Assembly: GCF_963921235.1 (NCBI RefSeq)
Contig: NC_086108.1
Coordinates: forward strand, 21,328,001-21,392,000
DNA length: 64,000 bases
Direction: 5' to 3'
DNA from: Mobula hypostoma
Taxonomy: Eukaryota
Position 1 is the stretch's first letter, and the number at the start of each line of letters is the position of its first letter. The translations under genes were made by a program, and so were the position numbers. The notes beneath the pieces are model-generated. The model saw only the letters and a list, made by a program, of their open reading frames with translations, had not been told where the DNA came from and ran no database searches. Positions 53,012 to 64,000 of the stretch are shown here, piece after piece.

Positions 53012-53630
53012 AAGGCAGGAGGAGAAGATAGCAGCGCGCCATGTGCGCGCAGCCCTCCGGTAAAAATGATATCGTATGTGTTAAATAGGGGCTGTGGACA
53101 ATTCTGATTTGATGGAGACAGATGTGAAAGCACAGAGGAACATCTGGAGAAATTTCTGAAACGCAGGTTCGCTGCTGTTGTTACTGCGCGATCGAGAAAT
53201 CTTTTGGAGGGAAGACCCCAAAATCCCCGGCTTTGCCTGCTGCTGGCAACCGAGATTGAGGTCGAATCGCTTGGATAGAAATGGTGCTCAGTACTCGGTG
53301 TTGGACAGCTGATCGGAGGCTCGAAGTTTTCCGATGACTCAGAGTCGGACCGTGGTCGGGCATGGCAGGGAAAGTTTTCTTCCTTCTCCCGTCTGCGTGA
53401 GATGTGGGACATTTGAGAGACTTTGAACTTTTTACTGTGCTCATGGAATTCTTCATCAAGTTATGGTATTGTTGCACTGTTGTAACTATATGTTATAATT
53501 ATGTGGTTTTGTTTTTTCAGTCTTGATTTGCCCTGTGTTTTGTGATATCACACTGGAGGAAATATTGTAACATTTCTTAATGCATGCATTACTAAATGAC
53601 AATAAAAGAGGACTGCATGTCTTCATAATC
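53012..53630 (+). mobile_element. CpG-rich non-coding interspersed element (probable non-autonomous retroposon)
   Basis: A sharp CpG-rich block followed by a TG-rich LINE-like 3' UTR ending gacaataaaag; family not identified. Confidence 0.45.
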
Positions 53631-54144
53631 ATATTGGAAAAATCAATAGCTTAAACTACACCGGTCATTCAACATGACAACATTTAACAAGCATTTCAAA
53701 CCTGCATAGGAGTTGAAATTTTAAAATAGATAAATACTATTTAAATATTATTAACAATTGTATTACAATTAACATCAACTTTTTAATTGTCACATTAATT
53801 GATTATTCTTATAGACCTTAAACTGATAGTGAAGGGGAAAAAGTCATGACTCAATTTCTTTAAATGAGAACTGAGATTCAATTTTTAACACTTGCTATAC
53901 TCACTACCCAGGACGTGGCTCTTCCTATTGCTACTACCAGTTGGGAGGTACAGGAGCCTGAAGATGCAGAGCTTCTTCCCTCCATCAGATTTCTGAATGG
54001 TCCATGAACACTACCTATTTTGCTCTCCTTTCATACGTCTTATTGTAACCTATAGTAAATGTGATGTACTGGAATGTACTGCTGCTGAATAACATTTTCA
54101 TGACATATGTCAGTGATAATAAACCTGATTCTATATTCATTTGA

Positions 54145-54917
54145 GAGTTCACTTCCCAGAATCACTGATATCAATAAATGTTAGGTAACAGAACTGCTCT
54201 GGATTACATAAATAATTTAGAGTCATCTCCTCACAGTTCATGAGTGAGGTGGGGTTGTTGAAGTGAGATATCATCAAACCTGAACAGTTAGTTGACCTAA
54301 CCAATGTAGGAATGACCAAGACAATGACAGGCCATCTCGGCCCTTCTAGTCCGTGCCGAACACTACTCTCACCTAGTCCCACCGACCTGCACTCAGCCCA
54401 TAACCCTACATTCCTTTCCTGTCCATATACCTATCCAATTTTTCTTTAAATAATAATATCGAACCTGCCTCTACCACTTCCACTGGAAGTTCATTCAACA
54501 CTTACTTCAAGCTCCCTTGTCCTCCTCTGATAATTGACTTATCACTATATTCATGTGAGGAAAATATGCGCTGTGTGTTTAATATTAAATTTGTTAGATA
54601 AACACTTTTAGAAACGAAATTGAGTGTATTAGCCATTTATCACATACATTCTGGTTGTGATTAACACCCGCCCCCCCCACCCGAACAGAATCGCCAAAAA
54701 CGATTTGTAGAAAAAAATCGGCACGTACACACATGCGCACATAGGTGCCCGCGCAAGGCTTAATGGTCATGGTAGTCTTTCTCGGGGTAAACACAACGTA
54801 CTTGACTGCTACTCTTGTCCATTGGCAACCCTACCCCGCCTCCCCCGGGTCGGCTGGTCCGCAAGAATATTGTCAATAGTAAACCGGTCTGCAGTGCAAA
54901 AAAAGTTGGGACCCCTG
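54145..54917. mobile_element. hAT/Charlie-like remnant with a nested CR1 3' fragment (~54320-54500, minus)
   Basis: Ends aaaaaagttgggacccctg, the same TIR type as the MITEs. Confidence 0.5.
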
Positions 54918-55094
54918 CCTTATATAAGATAAATAATTGTTATATTTATGTATACATTACCTCCGGCTATTTCATATTTTAAGTAATTCTTTGTTACCCA
55001 ATTTAAATAGATCTTCAGTGGTATAACACTTGAACCACATGTTAATCACTATTTTCCTATTATTGAAAATCTCACATTCCTCACAGAATGATAG

Positions 55095-57083
55095 AAATGA
55101 AACATAGAAACATAGAAAATAGGTGCAGGAGTAGGCCAGTTGGCCCTTCGAGCCTGCACCGCCATTTATTATGATCATGGCTGATCATCCAACTCAGAAC
55201 CCCGCCCCAGCCTTCCCTCCATACCCCCTGATCCCTTTAGCCACAAGGGCCATATCTAACTCCCTCTTAAATATAGCCAATGAACTGGCCTCAACTGTTT
55301 CCTGTGGCAGAGAATTCCACAGATTCTCCACTCTCTGTGTGAAGAAGTTTTTCCTCATCTCGGTCCTAAAAGGCTTCCCCCTTATCTCAAACTGTGACCC
55401 CTCATTCTGGACTTCCCCAACATCGGGAACAATCTTCCTGCATCCAGCCTGTCCAATCCCTTTAGGATTTTATAGTTTCAATCAGATCCCCCCTCAATCT
55501 TTTAAATTCCAACGAGTACAAGCCTAGTTCATCCAGTCTTTCTTCATATGAAAGTCCTGCCATCCCAGGAATCAATCTGGTGAACCTTCTTTGTACTCCC
55601 CTTATGGCAAGGATGTCTTTCCTCAGATTAGGGGACCAGAACTGCACACAATACTCCAGGTGTGGTCTCACCAAGGCCTTGTACAACTGCAGTAGTACCT
55701 CCCTGCTCCTGTACTCGAATCCTCTCGCTATAAATGCCAGCATACCATTCGCCTTTTTCACCGCCTGCTGTACCTGCATGCCCACTTTCAATGACTGGTG
55801 TATAATGACACCCAGGTCTCGTTGCACCTCCCCTTTTCCTAATCGGCCACCATTCAGATAATAATCTGTTTTCCTATTTTTGCCACCAAAGTGGATAACT
55901 TCACATTTATCCACATTAAATTGCATCTGCCATGAATTTGCCCACTCACCCAACCTATCCAAGTCACCCTGCATCCTCTTAGCATCCTCCTCACAGCTAA
56001 CACTGCCGCCCAGCTTCGTGTTATCCGCAAACTTGGAGATGCTGCATTTAATTCCCACATCCAAGTCATTAATATATATTGTAAACAACTGGGGTGCCCC
56101 AGCACTGAGCCTTGCGGTACCCCACTAGTCACTGCCTGCCATTCTGAAAAGGTCCCGTTTATTCCCACTCTTTGCTTCCTGTCTGCCAACCAATTCTCTA
56201 TCCACATCAATACCTTACCCCCAATACCATGTGCTTTAAGTTTGCACACTAATCTCCTGCGTGGGACCTTGTCAAAAGCCTTTTGAAAATCCAAATATAC
56301 CACATCCACTGGTTCTCCCCTATCCACTCTACTAGTTACATCCTCAAAAAATTCTATGTGATTCGTCAGACATGATTTTCCTTTCACAAATCCATGCTGA
56401 CTTTGTCCAATCATTTCACCGCTTTCCAAATGTGCTGTTATCACATCTTTGATAACTGACTCCAGCAGTTTCCCCACCACCGACGTTAGGCTAACCGGTC
56501 TATAATTCCCCGGTTTCTCTCTCCCTCCTTTTTTAAAAAGTGGGGTTACATTAGCCACCCTCCAATCCTCAGGAACTAGTCCAGAATCTAAAGAGTTTTG
56601 AAAAATGATCACTAATGCATCCACTATTTCTTGGGCTACTTCCTTAAGCACTCTGGGATGCAGACCATCTGGCCCTGGGGATTTATCTGCCTTTAATCCC
56701 TTCAATTTACCTAACACCACTTCCCTACTAACATGTATTTCGCTCAGTTCCTCCATCTCACTGGACCCTCTGTCCCCTACTATTTCTGGAAGATTATTTA
56801 TGTCCTCCTTAGTGAAGACAGAACCAAAGTAATTATTCAATTGGCCTGTCATGTCCTTGCTCCCCATAATCAATTCACCTGTTTCTGTCTGTAGGGGACC
56901 TACATTTGTCTTTACCAGTCTTTTCCTTTTTACATATCTATAAAAGCTTTTACAGTCAGTTTTTATGTTCCCTGCCAGTTTTCTCTCATAATCTTTTTTC
57001 CCCTTCCTAATTAAGCCCTTTGTCCTCCTCTGCTGAACTCTGAATTTCTCCCAGTCCTCAGGTGAGCCACTTTTTCTGGCTAA
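55095..57083 (-). mobile_element. Young CR1 LINE copy 3, 5'-truncated and frameshifted
   Basis: ORFs 55854..56873 and 55462..56088 are near-identical to copies 1 and 2; tail gaaacatagaaacatagaaaatagg. Confidence 0.95.
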
Positions 57084-57617
57084 GGAGAAGGATATTGAAT
57101 TGTGTAAGATAAAGGAAACAGGTAGGGAAGTTATGGAAACTATGATGATTAAAGTAGTAGTAGTATTGGAGGTTTTAAGGAATATAAAAGTGGATAAGTC
57201 TCCGGGTCCTGACAGGATATTCCCTAGGACCTTGAGGGAAGTTAGTGTGGAAATAGCAGGGGCACTGACAGAAATATTTCAAATGTCATTAGAAATGGGG
57301 ATTGGCATATTGCTCATGTTGTTCCATCATTTAAAAAGGGTTCTAAGAGTAAACCTAGCAACTATCAGCTTGTGAGTTTGACGTCAGTGTTGGGTAAATT
57401 GATGGAAAGTATTCTTAGAGATGGTTATGTATAATTATCTGGATAGACAGGGTCTGATTAGGAACAGTCAACATGGATTTGTGCGTGGAAGGTCTGTTTG
57501 ACAAATCTTATTGAATTTTTTGAAGAGGTTACTAGGAATGTTGACGAGGGTAAAGCGGTGGATGTTATCTATATGGACTTCAGTAATGCCTTTGACAAGG
57601 TTCCACATGGAAGGTTG
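57080..57617 (+). mobile_element. Internal fragment of another CR1 subfamily, head-to-head with copy 3
   Basis: ORFs 57100..57375 (KVDKSPGPD) and 57498..57680 (YMDFSNAFDKVPHGRL). Confidence 0.85.
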
Positions 57618-57924
57618 AAAGTTAAACAAAAATTATTATCAATATATATGCCATCAGTTCTACATCTCAGCCAAACTTAATGTGTAACTGGAAGACAGTG
57701 TAGTAACCAGAAGAACATTTGCCCAAAGGTTTGAGGCTCTTGTTAATTACTTTGGACTGAAGTTCTTATCTTGGAGTCAATGTCATTTGAATTGGAGAAG
57801 ACAACTAAATGCCATTAGAAATCAGCATTTGGAATAATCATTTGCATCAGTTCTGCTGGCTACACAAAGGGAGTCATACATTATATTGCTTTTGGCAGTT
57901 AGCCCCTCATCATTTATACACAGA

Positions 57925-60345
57925 CATGAGAGATTCTGGAGATGCTCGAAATCTACACGCACAAAATGCTTGAGGAAATCAGCAAGGCAGCATCAGTAAA
58001 GGGAAATGAATAGTTGATGTTTCAGGCCAAGACCCTTCAGCAGGACTGGAAAAGAAAGGGGGAGAAAGTCAGAATAAGATGGTGGTCTGAGGAGAGGGGG
58101 GATACCAGCTGGCAGGTGATAAGGCATGAAGTAAGAAGCTGGGAAGAGATTGGTGGATAAGGTAAATAGCTGAAGGAGGAGGAACCTGATACGAGAGGAC
58201 AGTGGACTATGGGAGAAAGGGAAGAAGGCTGGGAACTAGAGGCAGGTGCTGGGTAGGTAATGAGGATGGGGGAGAACAGAAAAGGTGAGAAGGCTACCAG
58301 AATGGGAAAAACAGGGTGCAGTGGTTTCTGCAAATTCGAGAAATCTATGTTCATGTCTTCAACCGTCATCAATGAGACATCTACAATCTCAACTTTAACA
58401 TTTCTTTCTCTAATCCCAAGCTCACCATCAAACATGCAGATAAAGCGGAGCGGGGTGCAGTAGTAGTCTGGCAGACTGGCCTCTACCTTGTTAACTCTCA
58501 GACACCTCCTCTTATTTACCCCTTGAATAAGACCCCACTAAGGAGCTTCAGGCCATTGTCTCCTGCACCATCACTGACCCTATCAACCCTGGGGATCTCA
58601 CACCTACTGCTACTAACCTCTTAGTTCCTTTACCGTTTCTATCTCCTATCCAAGATACACAAACCTGACTGCTCAGGTAGACCCATTGTTTTTGCCTGCT
58701 CCTAGTCCACTGAACACATGTCTGCTTACCTCGACTCTATTTTATCCCCCTTGGTTCATTATCCCCCTTCCTACCTACATCTGTGACACTTCATACATCT
58801 CTTCAATGACTAAATTCCCTGGCCTCGATTGTCCCATTTTCATTATCGATGTCCAGTCCCTGTACACTTCTATCCCCCATCAGGAGGCCCTTAAAGCTCT
58901 CTGCTTCTTTCTGGACAACAGACCCAACCAGTTCCCCTCCACCACTCCTCTCCTCTGTATGACAGAACTGGTCCTCATCCTCAACAATTACTCCTTGCCT
59001 CCTCACACTTCCTTCAAACACAAGGTGTAGCCACGGAAGCTCGCATGGGTCCCAGCTATACCTTATAAGACCATAAGAAATAGGAGCAGAACTAGACCAT
59101 TCAGCCCATTGAGTCTGCTCAACCCTTCCATCATAGCTGATCCTGGATCCCGCTCAACCCCACACACCTGCCTTATAAGATCATAAGATATGGGAGCAGC
59201 CTTTTAGTTGGCTACATGGAACAGACCATGTTTCAAGCCTACACTGGCATCACTCCCCAACTTTTTCTATGCTATATTGATCAATGCATTGGTGTTACTT
59301 CCTGCACCCATGCTGAGCTTGTCAATTTCATCAACTTTGCCTGCAACTTTGTCCTTGCCATCAAATTTACTGGGTCCATTTCTGACATCTCTCTCCCCTT
59401 TCTCGATCTGTCTCTATCTCTGGAGACGGTCTATCTACTGATATCTTTTATAAACCCATTGACTCTCACAGCTAAATGGACTATACTTCTTCCCACCTTG
59501 TTGCTTGTAAAAATGCCATCCCCTTCCCCTTCACTCAGTCCCTCTGTCTCTGCTGCATCTGTTCTCAGGATGAGGCTTCTCATTCAAGATTAACTGAGGT
59601 GTTCTCCTTCTTCAAAAAAAGGGGCTTCTCCTCCTCCACCATCAACACTGCCCTCTCCTGCATCTCTTCCATTTTGTGCATATCTGCCCTTACCCCATCC
59701 TCCTTCACTATCATTCAGGGCCCCAAACAGTCCTTTCCGGTGAGGTGACGCTTCACCTGCAAGTCTGTTGGAGTCATCTACTGTATCTGGTGCAGCCTCT
59801 TGTATATCAGTGAGACTCAAAGTAGATGGGAGACCGCTTTGCAGATTTTTGCTCCATCCACCCCCAAAAGTAGGACCTCCCAGTGGCCAAGCACTTCAAC
59901 TCTATTTCCCATTCCCATTCCAACATGTCAGTTTATGACCTCCCTTCATCATTCCCCATTCTTGTTTTTCTCTCACACCTCTTCTTTCATGCCCATCACT
60001 TCCTTCTGGTGCTCCTCCCCCTTCCCCTTCTTCCATAGTCTTGTCAGGTTCCCCCTTCTCCAGCCCTTTATCTCTTTCACCAATCCAATTCCCAACTCCT
60101 TACTTCACCCCTCCCCTGGTTTCACCTATCACCTGCCACCTTGTACTTCATCTACCCTCTTCCCACCCCACCCCAGCTTCGTATTTTGACTTCTTCCCCC
60201 TTGTTATCCAGTCCTGATGAAGGGTCTCGGCCCGAAATGTCGACTTGTTTATTCCCATCTTTAGGTGCTGCCTGACCAGCTGAGCTCCTTCTGCACTTTG
60301 TGTGTAATGCTCCAGATTTCCAGCAACTGCAGTACCTTGTGTCTA
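57925..60345 (+). mobile_element. Decayed Penelope-like element: inverted 5' pLTR (~57925-58360), RT, GIY-YIG, 3' pLTR
   Basis: atgcagataaag (ADK), DVQSLYTSIPH, MGPSY, FLCYIDQCIG (YIDD-like), LPFLDL, IQGPKQSF; pLTRs in opposite orientation at the two ends; CR1 tail fragments nested at ~59062-59200. Confidence 0.85.
60210..60245 (+). ncRNA. Minimal hammerhead motif with intact core and GUC site
   Basis: agtc-CTGATGA-a-gggtctcggccc-GAAA-tGTC-gact. Confidence 0.8.
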
Positions 60346-60579
60346 CAAAAATCATTTATGTTCTCATTTACTTCAGCCTCTTCTGTTGAAACTGATGGCA
60401 AAGAGATGAAGAAATGACAGCCAGAACTTCCACAGCTTGTCTGTCCTGCCACTACCACTTATATGCCCCAGGGTTCCATGCCTCTGATATCTGCCAGTTG
60501 GTTACTGTTCATTATGAGATCCAAGTCGTTTTTTTAACACAAAACTTTGTAAAAACCCTGAAAGATTGGTTGAGGAGGT

Positions 60580-61380
60580 CAAACATACTGAATGTCACCA
60601 AAACCAAGGAGATGATCGTTGATTTCAGACGGTCTCAGCCTGAGCACACACCCCTCAGCATCAGCGGTTCCACAGTGGAGAGAGTGGAAAACATCAAGTT
60701 CCTTGGGGTGCAGATCTCAGATAATCTCACTTGGTCCAGGAACACCACTGGGATTGTGAAACGGGCCCAGCAGAGATTGCACTTTCTGAGGAAGCTTAAA
60801 CAAGCATCACTCCCCACTAACATCTTAACTACATTCTACAGAGGCGTGGTTGAGAGAGTGCTGACCTTTTGCATCACGACCTGGTACTCCAGCTGCAGTG
60901 CTGTTGACAAAAAAGCCTTGCAGAGGGCGGTTAGGGGAGCAGAGAAGATTATTGGGGTCTCCCTACCTTCTGTCCAAGACCTCTTTCAGAGTTGATGCCT
61001 CCAGAAGACACGGTACATCATTAAAGACCCCTCACACCCTCTCCATGAACTGTTTGTTCTTCTGCCATCAGGCAAACGTTACAGGAGCATCAAAACTAAA
61101 ACCACAAGGCTACTAAACAGCTTCCTCCCACAGGGAGTCAGACTGCTAAATAGCTGCTCTACCTGACTCTGCTTAGACACTTTTAACTTGCACTGGACAC
61201 TTATAACTGATTTAACTGACGTGGCTGTTGTGTTTTACTATTTATTGTTATGTTTATTATTTAGTGTTGCGTTTGTTATGTTATGATTGCACTGCCCCTG
61301 AGGAACGCTGTCTCATTCTGCCCTGCAGAGCTGATGTATGGTTAGAATGACAATAAAGTTTTTTGAATCTTTTGAATTTG
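60580..61380 (+). mobile_element. Rex1-like LINE 3' part
   Basis: ORF 60414..60995 LNVTKTKEMIVDFRR..IKFLGVQI..KRAQQRLHFLRKL. Confidence 0.88.
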
Positions 61381-62026
61381 AAAGTCACTCAAGTTTCTTC
61401 AAAGTAAATATTATTATCAAGGTACACATGTCACCATATACAACCCTCAGCCTTATTTTCTATAGTGCTGTGGTTATTATTTGTTCATTTTGCCCATTCA
61501 CCTTGTCAGATAGTTGTAGAAAAAGAAGAGATCATACAAACATTCACAGAATGTTGAGTGAAATTCCTCTGCTACTCTCTTTTGCCAGGATCATTATTCA
61601 ATTGACTTTACCAAACCTAAGCTTCAGTGGTCATGAACCTGAAAGAAGTGGCAGTTTTTATGTACTCAGCTAGCATAAATGACTTCTGAAAGGAAGCTGG
61701 TACACAAAAAAAAACAAGCAGCTGTAGTGGTCATGCATTATCTAAAGAGGGAAATGGTCATTTGGAGTTTCAGGTCAAGAAAGATTCACATGAAGGGACT
61801 CGAATCAAGGACACAGCTTAGAAACAATTCCATTTCCTTTGGCTTTAAGTCTATTACTAGCTCAAGTTATGCTGGGATAATTGAACTTTCCTGCTGTTTT
61901 GTGTTCTCTGCTATTCCCCTGAATATATATGATGGAGATACAATGTAAAATGCTGGTATGTAACTAACCATTTCAAAGTTTAAGCAAAATTAAATATGGT
62001 TGATATTCTCAAAGTAACTGAACCCC

Positions 62027-62593
62027 CCGGGGTGTATGGGGTGTCAGGGAGGGGTAGCACCTCTGGTGGGGGAACATGTCGCGTCCTTTTCAGGGCGGTT
62101 AGTCCACCTTTGGTCCCCACCTGGCACTCAGCTCTCACCTGTGGCTCCCTGTAGCTGTTTGCATGCGACAGCGGCCACACCCCAGGCAATGGCTTCGACA
62201 AGCCGGCTAAACCAGGTGAGGGTAGCCGACGGGTCTCAAACCCTCGGTGAGATAGGGAGTTGTCTATCCCAGCATGTGAAGACAGACTCCGGCGGATTGA
62301 GTGAACGAGACCTATGGAAGGTCCAACGGTCAAGAAGGCGGTCTCTACAAGCGTCGTGGAACGTGTAGAGCAGGACAAGACACAGAAGACGTCTCAGTCA
62401 TCCACTGCGCCTAGTCCCATCTCCAGCCGTCTAGACTCTGTCTTGCCACTGGATCCAGATGGGAATTGGGAAGAGAGAGTGAGGCTGACGCTGCGCAACT
62501 CTCCCTCACTTAAATCCAAATCACGCGCTAGTCTTGACACCATCATAATGGTGTCGAGGTCTTCATCGACGTCAATGATGGACGAACAACAAC
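62027..62593 (+). mobile_element. Complete non-autonomous retroposon (RTE-type inferred), (CAA)n tail, 11-bp TSD
   Basis: aactgaacccc at 62016-62026 and 62594-62604; tail aacaacaac; GC/CpG-rich body with no credible ORF. Confidence 0.85.
62029..62220 (+). ncRNA. HDV-like ribozyme candidate with an expanded L3
   Basis: P1 GGGGUGU/ACACCCC, P2 CUCACCUG/CAGGUGAG, P3 GGC/GCC, P4 UGGCUU/AAGCCG and J4/2 GCUAA, in canonical order. Confidence 0.65.
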
Positions 62594-63134
62594 AACTGAA
62601 CCCCAAACCCAAGCACAAAATAAACTACAAATAGCATTCATCGTTAACAATCTGAACCCAAGCTATGATTTCAAGAATTTAGTAAAGAAAAAAGATATAA
62701 TTAAAAATCAGCTTTTAAAGTTGTACATAAATTAGTTGTGATATCTGGCTTAGTGAAGTCACTTAACTCATCAGGGCAGAAAAGGAGAGTTTTCAAAATT
62801 TCACTGAACTCCTCATATCACAACCCACTCTTAAAAACACAGGAAGAGGCCACTGGCACAATTGCTTTATGCTAGTGCTTACATTCCACGTGTTCAGTCC
62901 AATCTTGCTGCATCACAGCTTATCAACCTATCCTGCCATTTCCTTTTCCTTTCAATTTTCCTTGGATTACACTAAAATTAATGTGTTGTTTACTTAAATA
63001 CCTTTACATTATATTTTTGAGTCAGAGGCTGTTTGAGATGCACACCAATGGGAGGATTTAATAGGTGGTGGGAGCTCATTGCCACTGCCCCCTGGCTATA
63101 ACAACCTTAACAAACCAATTATACCAAACTTAAG

Positions 63135-63642
63135 GTCTCAGATAAGCTCTGACAACCACGTCCAGCACCAGGCATTCACACGTGGCTAAGCTACTAAGCC
63201 TGGCAGAACCATTTCTATTGACGTGAGAAGGGGTAAACGTGGGTTATTGGCACCTTAAGACCAATCTCTTCAGGCATATGAGGTTCATCAGTTGTGGCTG
63301 ACAGCTCATCTAGGAGAAGGAAAACTCTGATCTCAAACCTCAGCTGCCTTGCGGCTATACCTGCTCATGGGAAAAGCTTCAGGAGTAAACCCCGAGGAAA
63401 AATCCAGAGATTGAGTCCCTAACGCAGTCCCATGTCAAGTTCAACGCTGACTGGCAACTCCTGCGACGCTGCTTGCGCCAAATTGTATCGGTCTGTCCCG
63501 TTCCTTTGGATTTATCAGCTGCATGGAGGGTGGAGCCTGCTACATGGGCATCACTTGCTCTCCACATTGAATTGACCTCACTTACATATCATGCAGACAG
63601 CCAGGATGCAACGTCCATGGTCAACCCTGACCAGCGGAGCTC
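63135..63642 (+). mobile_element. Older RTE-related non-autonomous element
   Basis: ggagaaggaaaactctgatctcaaacc resembles RTE/Expander 5' UTRs (recalled, not searched); higher GC than the flanks. Confidence 0.4.
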
Positions 63643-63719
63643 AGCTTTCTCACTGCTTTCTAAATAATGAAGTTTCACTTCAATACTTTTACAAGTTGAT
63701 TAGTGACCACCTTGTATTT

Positions 63720-64000
63720 ATGAACTGAGGGGTGACCTGATAGAGGTGTATAAGATGATGAGAGGCATTAATCAAGTGGATAGTCAGAGGCTTTTTCCCA
63801 GGGCTGAAATGGCTAACACGAGAGGGCACAGTTTTAAGGCGCTTGGAAGTAGGTGTAGAGGAGATGTCAGGGGTAACTTTTTTATGCGGAGAGTGGTGAG
63901 TGCGTGGTTTTAGCTAAGATAGACTGGCAAATGACACTTAAAGGGTTGATGGTGGATATGCTATGGAAAGCATTTAAAGATTGCATGGATGAACTACATA
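63720..64000 (+). mobile_element. CR1 3' fragment
   Basis: ctgaggggtgacctgatagaggtgtataag (LRGDLIEVYK) and acgagagggcacagtttt (TRGHSF). Confidence 0.8.

Overview
Repeat-rich vertebrate non-coding DNA, intronic or intergenic. The repeat complement (abundant CR1, Rex1-like LINEs, Neptune-type Penelope-like elements, V-SINE/HE1-like SINEs) suggests a cartilaginous fish; this is inference. I could not identify a host protein-coding gene. Every long ORF belongs to a retroelement or is an antisense shadow of one. By eye, more than half the window is transposon-derived: three near-identical young CR1 copies, several older CR1s, many Rex1-like fragments, at least six Penelope-like element (PLE) insertions, RTE-related elements, Tigger/hAT remnants and a probable solo LTR, often nested. 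The most interesting signals are RNA structures. (1) A complete, TSD-flanked ~570 bp non-coding retroposon at 62027-62593 folds at its 5' end into an HDV-like ribozyme whose normally 7-nt L3 loop carries an extra hairpin. (2) About a dozen minimal hammerhead ribozyme motifs, several decayed, sit in PLE pseudo-LTRs. (3) A TSD-flanked 190-bp fold-back PLE mini-element carries a hammerhead on each strand and has older decayed relatives. A candidate minus-strand promoter and first exon (~47.6-48.4 kb) and a few weak exon candidates hint at a large host gene but are unconfirmed. Boundaries of old repeats are approximate, and family names come from protein or motif recognition, not a database search.
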